In this document: positions 43,059 to 55,713 of the stretch, piece by piece
How positions within the stretch are numbered: position 1 is the first letter of the stretch
Layout of the letters: every line of letters begins with the position of its first letter
From: Camelus dromedarius
Lineage: Eukaryota
Length of the DNA stretch: 64,000 nt
Direction: 5' to 3'
Assembly: GCF_036321535.1 (NCBI RefSeq)
Contig: NC_087473.1
Location: 14,384,001-14,448,000 of the forward strand
The notes under the pieces: model-generated
What the model saw: only the letters and a program-made list of their open reading frames with translations
Databases searched by the model: none
What the model was told of the DNA's origin: nothing
Program-made: the position numbers and the translations under genes

Positions 43059-43377
43059 CCAGCTGCCCGGGGGCCGCGCAGCAGGCCGCCGGGGCCGAGT
43101 GACAGCGACCCCGACCCCTGGAAGACCCAAGCGCCGGCGCCAGCGCCGACGCGCGGGGACCTCGGCCGCTCGGCCGGCTCCTCCGGCCACGTGCTGCGCC
43201 TCCGCCTCCCGCTCCTTGCTCCTGGGCCTTGGCAGCTGCGGCTCGCAGCTCAGGGCCAGGGCCACACGGCCAGTGAGGCGGGGGCCCGGGGAAGGCGGGC
43301 CTCCCCAGGAATCCTGGGTGGCCTTAGCTGTGGGAGGGGGTCTTCAGGAGGCAGGGGCCCGCGGGCGTCCCGCTGCC

Positions 43378-44062
43378 ATGGCAGGGCTGCGGACAGAGCA
43401 GGCACTAGCGGGTGGCAGGTGCGAGGAGGCCTGCAGCCTCAGGGTGGAGGCCGTGCGGCAGGGAGCGTCGGCGGCGGCTGAGGCGGCGGCGGCGGCGGCG
43501 GCGGCGGCAGCGGCAGCTGCATCGTCGGAGGCGGAGGTTGTGGGCATGGGGGAGGCCTTGGTGCTGCTGGCGGACGACATCATGGAGGCTGTGGTGGAGG
43601 TGGTGGCGGAGGAGCAGGAGGAGCAGGAGTCGCAGGAAGAGGAGGAGGAGGAGGAGGAGGAGGAGGAGGAGGTGGAGGAGGTGGTGGAGGAGGTGGTGCA
43701 GGCCAAGGAGCGGGAAGAGAAGCCCCGGAAGCAGGGGCGCGCAGAGCCAGGGCGCGGACCCCCGACCTCCCTGAGCCCGCTGGAGGCCCTGGGGGCCCTT
43801 CAGTTAGAGCTGAGCGCTGTGAACGCCCAAGCCAACAGGGCCTACTTGCGGCTCAAGCGCAGGGTCCGTCGGAGGCGGGAGCCTCGTTTGGATCGAAGAA
43901 GAGCCATCATCCAGGACATCCCCGGCTTCTGGGCCAAAGCTGTATCCTTGCTGCTGCTCCTTGGGGTTGGCTGCTGCCGGAGGGCAGGAGGGGGAACAGG
44001 GCGAGAAGGAGGTTGGGCCAGGGGGAGGGGGAGGAGGAGGGCAGGCGGCAACGGGCTGGGCC

Positions 44063-44093
<31 letters not shown>

Positions 44094-46677
44094 TGGGGGC
44101 GGCAAAGGGCAGGGTGGGGAGGGGAAGCAGGAGGAGAAGGAAGAGGAGGACCGGGAGCGGCGGAACCAGGGGCAGGAGGAAGGGAGGAAGGCGGGCGCCA
44201 AGGCCAAGGGAAGAGGGCTGAGAGTGGAGGCATGGAGGCCTGCAAGGGCACAGCATGAGGGCGCTGAGGGCCAAAGGCCAAACGTGCAGGCGTGGGAGCG
44301 CCAACTTTGGGTGGATCCTTCTGGCCTGGGGCCTGCAGGGGAAGCCTTCCTGGGGTCAAGGAGCGCATGGCAACAGTGAACAGCGCGTGCAGAGCCCCCA
44401 GCACCCTCCCCACAGAGCAGAGAGTGGAAGCGTGCAGTCTCCCGGGGAAATCCCAGGAGACCGGTGGGCGTGCCAGGACCCATCCCAGTCAGCCAGAGGC
44501 TGTGGACTTGTTGCCGCCACGTCCCTGCCGAAGCAGCAGGTCGTCCGCGGCCAGGTGTGAGCTGCAAGAGGCCCCCGTCCCGGGCAAGACTACGGGACCC
44601 CAGACACGCCCTCGGGTGGGCTCCCAGCCTGGCCTCCACCGGCCCTTCTCGTGCAGGCAGAAGCACGTGCCCTCCCCGTTGCACCCTGTGAGTCCCCCGG
44701 AGCTGCAGCCCTAGCCACGCAGACAGACTCCTCTCACCCCGGAGGGCGGCTTGAAGGCCCGGGGCTTCCTGTCAGCACCCGTGGCCCGCCCCCTACTCAG
44801 AGGACGCGTGGGTCCACGGGGGCAGGGCACATCCCGACTCCGCGAGCGGTGACGAGCCTGCAGCCAGCACACACAGGCCAGCCACAGGTCGGGGACGGTC
44901 GGGGAACAGGCCCTCCCCGAGGGGGTGTCGACGGCCCAAGATGCACGGGAAGGCCGGAACCCCGCCGCCACGCGCCTGTGAGACGGCAGGGCAGGGCCCG
45001 AGGAGGTCGGCGGGGCGGGGCGAGGGGGGGGTGGGCAGCAGTGCGCGCCCGGAGTCCTGGCAGATCGCCCGTCCGGTCTCTTCCTCTGGCCCCAGCCTGG
45101 CTGTGTTGGCTGTGGCTCTTCCAGCCGTAGCACGTGAAGGCTCCTTGACCTACTGAAGATTGTGAGTCACCCCCAGCTGTCGGCCTTGATCAGTGACCAA
45201 GACGAAGACGTGCTGAGCTACATGATCACCTTGGAGGTCAGGCCGGGCAGACGGAGGCCACGGTGGTGGGGTGGGGGGATGCGGGGAGGAGGGGGCCGGG
45301 TGTCCCCGAGGGCCGGGTGCGAGCAGCGGGAGAGCGGAAGGGGAAGTGGTTCATCCCTGCCGGGCAGGCCAGCTCAGGTGGCCGGGAAGAGCCGTCACTC
45401 TTCTCCTGCTGTTGGGCGTGGCAGGCGCAGGAACTGGGCCGCCCCGAGTACCGCTGCAGGTTGATGTTCTTCTTCCGGAGCAACCCCTACTTCTGCAACC
45501 AAGTGATCCTTAAGGAGTATCACCTTAGCTTCGCAGGTAGGCGGGCTGTCCCGGGATGGGGGAAGGCGGCGGGGCGGGGCGGTGTGTGCCCGGGAGGCCT
45601 TGGATGCTGGGCCAGCGGGATCCCTCCCCTCAGCGTATGCCCCGCTCTTCCTCTAGGCTACAGGGCGTATAGTTCCACTCCAGTGCAGTGGTTCTGGGAT
45701 TACGAACGGGGAGCCCCCAGCCGCAGGCAGGACGCCGTCAGCCTTAACTTCCTCAACTGGTTGTCAGGCCACGACTGCCCCGGGTCTGACAGGATTGCTG
45801 AGGTGGGGGTCCCCCGGGGCCTGGTCGGAAATGGCGACGTCGGCGGTGGCCAGCAGCTCGGGGAAGGGGCGTGGGCCCTGTCCCGACCTGCCCGTTCCCT
45901 CCGCCAGATCATCGTCGAGGACCTGTGGCCCAACCCCCTGCGCTACTACCCGAGGGAGCAAGGCGCCGGGAGAGGTAACTGGGAGGGGGGCACGTCCCTG
46001 AGGAGCCCCGGGGCAGGGGGTGTTGGCGAAGGGTGTTTCCAGGACCCTTTCCCAATCGGGGTGAGGCAGGCTGAGACAAGCCTGGGAGCGGGGCGACCCC
46101 AGGCCGCCCAGGGAGCGGGCGCGAGGGTGAGCCAGGGGCCCGGAGGACCCAGGCGCACGCGCAGAGCACCGAAGCTTTCGGCTTTCGCGGAACGTCCCAG
46201 GGGTGTCCGCGAAAGGAGCGGGCCTCCTCAGGCACCCTCGTGTGCGTCGGCACACCCTGGCTTCGGCCCTCCCTGGGGCCTGGTCCGACTGCCTCCGCGC
46301 TTGGGATCAGCTGGGCCCCTGCGTCCGCCCCCGGCCGCCTGGCCAAGGCCTCCAGACGCTGAGGAGGTGGGCTCCCTGAATGTCCAGGCGCATCCCTCAG
46401 CGACCCGGCTCCACCCGGACGGTCCTGGAAAGGGCCGCAGGCTGTCTGGAGGCCACTGGGGAGGCGCCCGGGGAGAAAGGGCGGGGCGTGCCGCCTGTTG
46501 CGCGCCATCTCTCCGGTTGTCTGTTGGACACAGGCCGCTTCAGCTGCGCCTTGGGTTGTTCCCGTGCGTGTCCGTGTCGGTCTGTGCCCGCGTGCCCGCG
46601 AGCAGGCTTCCTCATGCGTCGGTGGTCCTGCAGAGCCAGCGGTGAAGGCGACGGAGCAGGAGAGTTCGGCCGAGTAG
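43378..46677 (+). CDS. TSPY: TSPY copy 6, ~336 aa. Exons 43378-43941, 45159-45236, 45425-45536, 45657-45802, 45908-45974, 46634-46677 (last exon inferred)
   Basis: Open spliced frame. Exon 1 is 188 codons with S19C, A13, E12 (first codon GAA) and two VEEV blocks. Confidence 0.93.
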
Positions 46678-49600
46678 AACGAGAGCCCGGAGGCGTGTGC
46701 AGACGCGCGTGAGACCGGCGGCCGGGGTCTGGGGCGCCGGAGAGGAGCGAGGAAAGCATCGCCAGTGGAGGTTGCAGAGGGTGGGCAGCACGTACCCGGA
46801 ATGAGGCCGAGAGAGACGTCAACAGGCTAACGAGTGCTCCTGTCTTGCTCGCGTGCTGTGTGATTGTCCGGGGGTCGCCGAGTGGTGATGTTCCGGCCCA
46901 GTCCGGTGGGGCTTTTGAAGCGGCTGCCCGTGTGTGGCAGAGAGGCGGGCCTGTGGGAGTGGAGGACGTGGGAAGGGCAGGCCTCGGCTGCTGCTCCGGG
47001 GATGCCAGGTTGCCTCCGAACAGGGCAGGGTCTGGGAGCAGGAGGCAACGAAAGAGACAAGCTGGCGTGCTGGGGACCTGTTGCGCAGGCCGGGGAAGGA
47101 GACGGGGACCGGTGCTGGCGGGCAGGGGCCTCGGGGCCCGCTGTGGCTTGGGTTCAGCGTTCACCCTGCTCGCGGAGCCTCACGCAGCCCCCTCCGTCTG
47201 GGGTGTGCGCCACACGTCGGCCCCACGCCAGACGGGCGACTTCTTAAGCCCAGGGCCCCCGTCCGCCCCCAGGCGCCCCAGGAGGCAGGCTGTGAGTGTG
47301 GAATCCTTCCGGGCACGACCCCGCTCAGCCCTGGCTGGGTGGGGCTGTGCAGGACTCCAAGCAAGTGTGAGGGAAGGCGTGTGTGAGCTGTGGCTGTGGC
47401 CCCGTGCCGGCGCGTGAGGTTGTGCGGGTGAGGGAGCAGGGGAGCAGGCGGGCAAGGGTGCCGGGCTGTTTGCGGGCAGGGGCTGGGCGAGAGCGGGAAA
47501 GCCCGGCGCCTCCGGGGGCTGGGGCAGCAGCGAGAGATTGCTGGCTTTCAGGCTCCGGGGTCTTGGGGAGGGGAGGAACTGGCAGACAGGAGCCCCTTCC
47601 CCCTGCTGGAAAGGCCTCCCGGGGCGTGAGCGCCTTCCTTTCCCTGGGGTCTCCTCGTGGGGCGCAACAGTCCGAGGGGCGAAGGTCAGGGGGCGGGGCC
47701 GCAGGGCCCGCGCCGCCCCAGACCGGCAGTGTGCCGCCTCCCCTCTCTCCCACGCCGGCGGTGCGCCGCGGCGGGCTATGCCGCTCTTCAGGCTGTGTGA
47801 CACGTAGGCCGAAAGCTTCTACCCGAGTCTGCGCTGGCTAGCTAAGGGGCCCGAACATTCAGAGTAACTCACGCTTCTCCTCGGGACACAGTCCCTGCGG
47901 CTCTGTCCTGGTCAGGGAACTGCCACCCACACGTCCCTCCAACACACAGCCCCGAGCTGCCTGGGCTCCAGGCCACCGGAAGGGGACAGTCCTGGGGCAC
48001 ACAGATCTCGGGCAAGGGGCCTCTGGGAGGGATGGCGGCAGGCGGTGGGGGTCTGTTGGGGGGGTGGCGGGGGGCGAGTGGGCAGGGCTGGGGTGGGGTG
48101 CGGGACGGGATGGGGAGGGCAGTCGGTGGCCAGCACCCGGCGGGGCCCTTCCCGAGGGGACAGCCGCTTTCCGGAGACACCTGAGGTCCCCGCACAAAGC
48201 TAGGCACCGTCTCCGCGGCAGCCCGGCCCGGGAGAGAGCGGCGCGTGCCCCCTCTCTCCCTCCCGGTCCCCTGCAGTCTGGCCGCGTGGTGAGCACCTCT
48301 GTCCCCGACGACACCCCACAGCTCCCCTGCTTTGCCGCACTTTGGGGGTGTGCTTGACCGACTGCCCCAGCAGAACGTTTCACGGTCGTGGAGGGTTGCG
48401 GTGGGAGGTTCATGGATCCCAGCCCTCCCTGGCCTCCCAGCGGCACCGGCCACCCGCTGCCAGCTGCGGCCTGTCGGGTTTGGGGACCCGAAGGCCGGAG
48501 AGCCTCCGTGTACAGTCGTAGGGTGGCAGAGGTCGCCTCTTGTCCCGCTCGGGCTGCTGCTGTCCCCGCCCCTCCCCCAGGTCAGTGCCTAGGTTCCCCT
48601 GCTCGGGAGGCACGAGGGCAGCTGCGTTGCAGGGACCCTGCGGCTGGGGCCCAGCGGGTGGGCTGAGGCGGCCGCGGTGGGCGCCCCGCAGGGCCGCGGC
48701 CCCTCAGGCCTCTAGGCCTGGCCAGGGCTCTTGGGAAGGACCTGCCAAAGGGGAAAGACTCGAGGAACGACTGGGCGGTGTTCTCACAAGGCTCGCTCCA
48801 CCTTTGCCGCCCCAAGCGCCCGTAGGCGCCACGGCTGGGGTCGGGTCCGGCCTGCCCTGCAGTGGAGGCGGGGAACGTGTCGAGCCTGCGACGGGTAGGG
48901 GAGGAAGGCTTACAGGCGGCCGGCCCCCGTAGGCTCGGGTGCCGTGGCCGGGCCTCGCGGTCCCACCCGGAGGACGCGACGCGGCTTAAGTGGGGTTCTG
49001 CCTGGGGCTCGGACAAAGCTCAGACGGACGTGGGACCCGGCCAAGCCTGCTGGGGCGTTTCACCCGGGCAGCCCCAGGCGCGACGACTTGTCCGGCGCGG
49101 GTCTCCCTCATCGATGGAAGTGCGCACGGGCAGGCTCCGACTGTCGCAGGACGGGTGGCGCGTACGGACGTCGGCCAGGGGCTTGCCGGTGTCCTCCGTG
49201 GAAGGGCAGTTTCTGGGTGGGCCTTGCCCGTCTTGCTCCCCCCCTTGCCGCGGGTGCGTCTGTGTCTGTTCGTCTGACTCTGGCCGGGAGCCCCCCTGTC
49301 AGATGCCCCGGCTCCCTGCCCTCCCTCACGCCTCACATGCACGCACGTCCGTGTGCGGCTGGCGCCTTGCACGTGTCTGGCCTGTGATGCTGCGGCGCGT
49401 CCTCCGCTCTTGTCACAGGCGACCCGCGGGAGGTTCTGGGCCAGGGGGCGCCGACGGGTCACCGCCCGTCTTAAGTCGGCCCCTTGGACGTGGCCTGGCC
49501 CACCCGTGACCTGGAGCGTGTGGCCTGAGGGACGTGTAGGCCACGAGGGAGACCTGAGCCGTGGGCGTGGCCCGCGAAGAAGGATCCAGAGAGGCCGAAC

Positions 49601-52030
49601 GGTAGCCCTGTCATTTAGGAAGCCCCTGAGGCCCCTGAGTGGTAGCCAGGGCTCCGGGCACACGAAACGGCATGCTGCCTTCTGCCCGAGGGAGGCGTGA
49701 ACTGTGGTCCCCGGGGCCTGCAAGGTTCCCCAGGTGGCTCTGCGCGTGAGCGGGCGCGCGGGCGCGCCTACCCGGGTGTGTCGCGGCAGGCTCTGCGGCA
49801 GACGGCAGGACGGGAAGGGTGGCCACCTGACCTTTCCCTCGTCGGCTTCACTGGCTTCTTCCTTCAGACAGGCGGTGATCCCCACGTTCTTAAGGACCTC
49901 GTGTGGGACGCGTCGGCAAGAAAGCTTACACCTGGCCTTCTCGTGCTACAGCAGGACGGCTCTTGCAAAGGGCCCTGGCTGCCAGGGGCCTCCGAAGGCC
50001 GTGTGAGAGGCAACAGGAAGGCAGTTCAGGGCAGACACGTGCTCGTGCAGAGCCGTGGAGGGCACGAGCATCTCGCTGGGAAGCTCGCTGGGGGCACTGG
50101 GGCGCCCGGGCCATCGGCAGGAAGGGACGGGTGAGCTCCAAGACGGCTAGGCCCCAGTCAGCTCGAGATTCCTCTCCGCTTTGTCGGAGAGGACCAAGGG
50201 AAATGGCGTCGTGCCTGTGTGCTTCCCGCCGTCAGGCAGTCGAAGGCAGACGGGAGAGAAGCCAACCCAGGCGGGCGGAAGGCAGCGGTATCAGAAGCGA
50301 GAACAAGGACTCTCACGACGGGCTGCGGGAGCGGGGCGAGAGGGGCGCAGGTAAAAATCCTTTCCCCTGGAAACACAGACGGCGGGCAGCGTGTAGTCGT
50401 ATAGGTCTGCACGCGTGCAGGCGTGCCTCCGCTCGTGCGTGCGCGTCTGGTGAGGAGGCCTGAGAGTGGGGCTCGAAGGCAGGCGTGCGTGCACGGACCC
50501 TGAAAACGTGACAGGCTTTCGAAACGGACGTCAACTCTGGGCCAGCTGGAATCACCGGGCTGCCAGAAGAGGCAGTGGGGAAGTCCCGTGCTTTCTGGAG
50601 AGACAGGGAAGGTGCGAAGGACGCAGGAAATAGGATAGGGCAGATTGCTTGCCGCGTGCGGAAGACCAGGGCCCCCCGCCCCCGCCCTCAGAGCGACAAC
50701 CGCCTTGGAACCTCGAGCTCCTTGTCGGCCGCTCACGCGTCCTGTCCTCCCTCGGAGCAGGCCGGCAGGAAACACCTTGCCTTGCTTGTTTGGTAAGGTT
50801 CGGGAGGCCGACCAGCAGCGCTGCCTTAGCGACTGGCACACACTGGCTTTGTCGGCGAGAAAGGCTGCAGTGAAGGCGAAGGCTGGGACGGGTGCTCACC
50901 TGGAGGCTGGGCGAGAGCGGAACCACCTCCAAGGGCGTTCACACTGCGGGCAGAAGTCACTTCCTTCCGTCTGCGGCGCTGAAGGCGTGCCGTGCGGTGG
51001 CCGCCGACGCGGGTGGCGTCCTGAACACCTTACTGTCTGGGCTGCCAAACACCACCGTTCGGGGGGAGGTGGGGGGTCCAGCGTGCCGGCAAACCGCGTC
51101 GTCCCTCTCCCTGTCTCTGTCTGCACAGGCTGGCCAGGGCTTCGTCTTGCGCGGTGTCGGGCGATCCCGGCGGCGACGGATGCCGGTCACCTTTGCTGGC
51201 TGGGAGAAAGGCACGGCCTGGCCGCTCTAGCACAGGAAGGGCGTCGTGCAATGGTGTGGACGCGCCCACGTCCAGACTGTGGGGTTCCGCTGGCCCGGGC
51301 GGAGAGGTCTTCTGTTTCCGGGCAGCGTGGCTTTCCGCAAGACTTTATGTGTCTGTGGGAGCTAACAGAGATCCCGGGAACGGGAGGGGAGGGGGCGAGG
51401 GAGGGAGGGAGGGAGCGGAAGGGGAGACACTCACACGCACACGCACACACACGCGCACACGCAGAGACACACAGACAGAGACACGGAGAGTCACAGCAAG
51501 GGGGAGACAGGGAGAGAGAGCGAGACAAAGAGAGAGCACTCTGCTGCATGGCTTTTCTCGTCCTGAGCCCAGCAGTTCACCGCTGACAGACACTGGCTGG
51601 AAGCAGAGTACCCAGGCTGTCTTTCCCTCTGGAGCTCAGCAGAGTTCCCAGGGGGTGAAGTGGCTGCGTGAAACCGGAGCGACAGGTGGTCGGGGCTGGG
51701 GAGGGTGGAGGGCACGTGGTGGGAGGTGACAGAACCCGAAGAGGTGTCAGCGGGCCGCCGGGCAGTGCCAGAGAGATGCAAGGCCGGAGGCCTCCCTGGA
51801 GGCAGCGCGCGGCCCAGCTGCCCCCTGGAGGCTGGGCAGGGAGCTGGGCTGAACGCTGGGGCTGCGGAGGCCAGGCGGCGGGCCGGGTTCCCTGCCGGGG
51901 GGGCGGGGCCTTGCAGGGTGACGCCCACTGGCCGCTCCCCGACTGGTCGGGAGGTGGGGCGAGAGGCCTGGGCCCGACTTGACTCGGGCCTCCTTCCCGC
52001 CAAGCTCCAAATTCCCACGGGCCTGCGGGA

Positions 52031-52094
52031 GGCGGGGCGGGGGCGGGGGCGGGGGCGGGGGCGGTGGGCGGGCACGAGGCCATGCGCATGCGCC
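52031..52094 (+). promoter_or_regulatory. Putative promoter, copy 7: GC-box array plus NRF1-type motif
   Basis: Five GGGCGG units; TGCGCATGCGCC at 52083-52094. Confidence 0.6.
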
Positions 52095-52413
52095 CCAGCT
52101 GCCCGGGGGCCGCGCAGCAGGCCGCCGGGGCCGAGTGACAGCGACCCCGACCCCTGGAATACCCAAGCGCCGGCGCCAGCGCCGACGCGCGGGGACCTCG
52201 GCCGCTCGGCCGGCTCCTCCGGCCACGTGCTGCGCCTCCGCCTCCCGCTCCTTGCTCCTGGGCCTTGGCAGCTGCGGCTCGCAGCTCAGGGCCAGGGCCA
52301 CACGGCCAGTGAGGCGGGGGCCCGGGGAAGGCGGGCCTCCCCAGGAATCCTGGGTGGCCTTAGCTGTGGGAGGGGGTCTTCAGGAGGCAGGGGCCCGCGG
52401 GCGTCCCGGTGCC

Positions 52414-53098
52414 ATGGCAGGGCTGTGGACAGAGCAGGCACTAGCGGGTGGCAGGTGCGAGGAGGCCAGCAGCCTCAGGGTGGAGGCCGTGCGGCAGGGA
52501 GCGTCGGCGGCGGCTGAGGCGGCGGCGGCGGCGGCGGCAGCGGCAGCTGCATCGTCGGAGGCGGAGGTTGTGGGCATGGGGGAGGCCTTGGTGCTGCTGG
52601 CGGACGACATCATGGAGGCTGTGGTGGAGGTGGTGGCGGAGGAGCAGGAGGAGCAGGAGTCGCAGGAGGAGGAGGAGGAGGAGGAGGAGGAGGAGGTGGA
52701 GGAGGTGGTGGAGGAGGTGGTGGAGGAGGTGGTGCAGGCCAAGGAGCGGGAAGAGAAGCCCCGGAAGCAGGGGCGCGCAGAGCCAGGGCGCGGACCCCCG
52801 ACCTCCCTGAGCCCGCTGGAGGCCCTGGGGGCCCTTCAGTTAGAGCTGAGCGCTGTGAACGCCCAAGCCAACAGGGCCTACTTGCGGCTCAAGCGCAGGG
52901 TCCGTCGGAGGCGGGAGCCTCGTTTGGATCGAAGAAGAGCCATCATCCAGGACATCCCCGGCTTCTGGGCCAAAGCTGTATCCTTGCTGCTGCTCCTTGG
53001 GGTTGGCTGCTGCCGGAGGGCAGGAGGGGGAACAGGGCGAGAAGGAGGTTGGGCCAGGGGGAGGGGGAGGAGGAGGGCAGGCGGCAACGGGCTGGGCC

Positions 53099-53129
<31 letters not shown>

Positions 53130-55713
53130 TGGGGGCGGCAAAGGGCAGGGTGGGGAGGGGAAGCAGGAGGAGAAGGAAGAGGAGGACCGGGAGCGGCGGA
53201 ACCAGGGGCAGGAGGAAGGGAGGAAGGCGGGCGCCAAGGCCAAGGGAAGAGGGCTGAGAGTGGAGGCATGGAGGCCTGCAAGGGCACAGCATGAGGGCGC
53301 TGAGGGCCAAAGGCCAAACGTGCAGGCGTGGGAGCGCCAACTTTGGGTGGATCCTTCTGGCCTGGGGCCTGCAGGGGAAGCCTTCCTGGGGTCAAGGAGC
53401 GCATGGCAACAGTGAACAGCGCGTGCAGAGCCCCCAGCACCCTCCCCACAGAGCAGAGAGTGGAAGCGTGCAGTCTCCCGGGGAAATCCCAGGAGACCGG
53501 TGGGCGTGCCAGGACCCATCCCAGTCAGCCAGAGGCTGTGGACTTGTTGCCGCCACGTCCCTGCCGAAGCAGCAGGTCGTCCGCGGCCAGGTGTGAGCTG
53601 CAAGAGGCCCCCGTCCCGGGCAAGACTACGGGACCCCAGACACGCCCTCGGGTGGGCTCCCAGCCTGGCCTCCACCGGCCCTTCTCGTGCAGGCAGAAGC
53701 ACGTGCCCTCCCCGTTGCACCCTGTGAGTCCCCCGGAGCTGCAGCCCTAGCCACGCAGACAGACTCCTCTCACCCCGGAGGGCGGCTTGAAGGCCCGGGG
53801 CTTCCTGTCAGCACCCGTGGCCCGCCCCCTACTCAGAGGACGCGTGGGTCCACGGGGGCAGGGCACATCCTGACTCCGCGAGCGGTGACGAGCCTGCAGC
53901 CAGCACACACAGGCCAGCCACAGGTCGGGGACGGTCGGGGAACAGGCCCTCCCCGAGGGGGTGTCGACGGCCCAAGATGCACGGGAAGGCCGGAACCCCG
54001 CCGCCACGCGCCTGTGAGACGGCAGGGCAGGGCCCGAGGAGGTCGGCGGGGCGGGGCGAGGGGGGGGTGGGCAGCAGTGCGCGCCCGGAGTCCTGGCAGA
54101 TCGCCCGTCCGGTCTCTTCCTCTGGCCCCAGCCTGGCTGTGTTGGCTGTGGCTCTTCCAGCCGTAGCACGTGAAGGCTCCTTGACCTACTGAAGATTGTG
54201 AGTCACCCCCAGCTGTCGGCCTTGATCAGTGACCAAGACGAAGACGTGCTGAGCTACATGATCACCTTGGAGGTCAGGCCGGGCAGACGGAGGCCACGGT
54301 GGTGGGGTGGGGGGATGCGGGGAGGAGGGGGCCGGGTGTCCCCGAGGGCCGGGTGCGAGCAGCGGGAGAGCGGAAGGGGAAGTGGTTCATCCCTGCCGGG
54401 CAGGCCAGCTCAGGTGGCCGGGAAGAGCCGTCACTCTTCTCCTGCTGTTGGGCGTGGCAGGCGCAGGAACTGGGCCGCCCCGAGTACCGCTGCAGGTTGA
54501 TGTTCTTCTTCCGGAGCAACCCCTACTTCTGCAACCAAGTGATCCTTAAGGAGTATCACCTTAGCTTCGCAGGTAGGCGGGCTGTCCCGGGATGGGGGAA
54601 GGCGGCGGGGCGGGGCGGTGTGTGCCCGGGAGGCCTTGGATGCTGGGCCAGCGGGATCCCTCCCCTCAGCGTATGCCCCGCTCTTCCTCTAGGCTACAGG
54701 GCGTATAGTTCCACTCCAGTGCAGTGGTTCTGGGATTACGAACGGGGAGCCCCCAGCCGCAGGCAGGACGCCGTCAGCCTTAACTTCCTCAACTGGTTGT
54801 CAGGCCACGACTGCCCCGGGTCTGACAGGATTGCTGAGGTGGGGGTCCCCCGGGGCCTGGTCGGAAATGGCGACGTCGGCGGTGGCCAGCAGCTCGGGGA
54901 AGGGGCGTGGGCCCTGTCCCGACCTGCCCGTTCCCTCCGCCAGATCATCGTCGAGGACCTGTGGCCCAACCCCCTGCGCTACTACCCGAGGGAGCAAGGC
55001 GCCGGGAGAGGTAACTGGGAGGGGGGCACGTCCCTGAGGAGCCCCGGGGCAGGGGGTGTTGGCGAAGGGTGTTTCCAGGACCCTTTCCCAATCGGGGTGA
55101 GGCAGGCTGAGACAAGCCTGGGAGCGGGGCGACCCCAGGCCGCCCAGGGAGCGGGCGCGAGGGTGAGCCAGGGGCCCGGAGGACCCAGGCGCACGCGCAG
55201 AGCACCGAAGCTTTCGGCTTTCGCGGAACGTCCCAGGGGTGTCCGCGAAAGGAGCGGGCCTCCTCAGGCACCCTCGTGTGCGTCGGCACACCCTGGCTTC
55301 GGCCCTCCCTGGGGCCTGGTCCGACTGCCTCCGCGCTTGGGATCAGCTGGGCCCCTGCGTCCGCCCCCGGCCGCCTGGCCAAGGCCTCCAGACGCTGAGG
55401 AGGTGGGCTCCCTGAATGTCCAGGCGCATCCCTCAGCGACCCGGCTCCACCCGGACGGTCCTGGAAAGGGCCGCAGGCTGTCTGGAGGCCACTGGGGAGG
55501 CGCCCGGGGAGAAAGGGCGGGGCGTGCCGCCTGTTGCGCGCCATCTCTCCGGTTGTCTGTTGGACACAGGCCGCTTCAGCTGCGCCTTGGGTTGTTCCCG
55601 TGCGTGTCCGTGTCGGTCTGTGCCCGCGTGCCCGCGAGCAGGCTTCCTCATGCGTCGGTGGTCCTGCAGAGCCAGCGGTGAAGGCGACGGAGCAGGAGAG
55701 TTCGGCCGAGTAG
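52414..55713 (+). CDS. TSPY: TSPY copy 7, ~336 aa. Exons 52414-52977, 54195-54272, 54461-54572, 54693-54838, 54944-55010, 55670-55713 (last exon inferred)
   Basis: Open spliced frame. Exon 1 is 188 codons with R5W, A11, E10 and three VEEV blocks. Confidence 0.93.
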
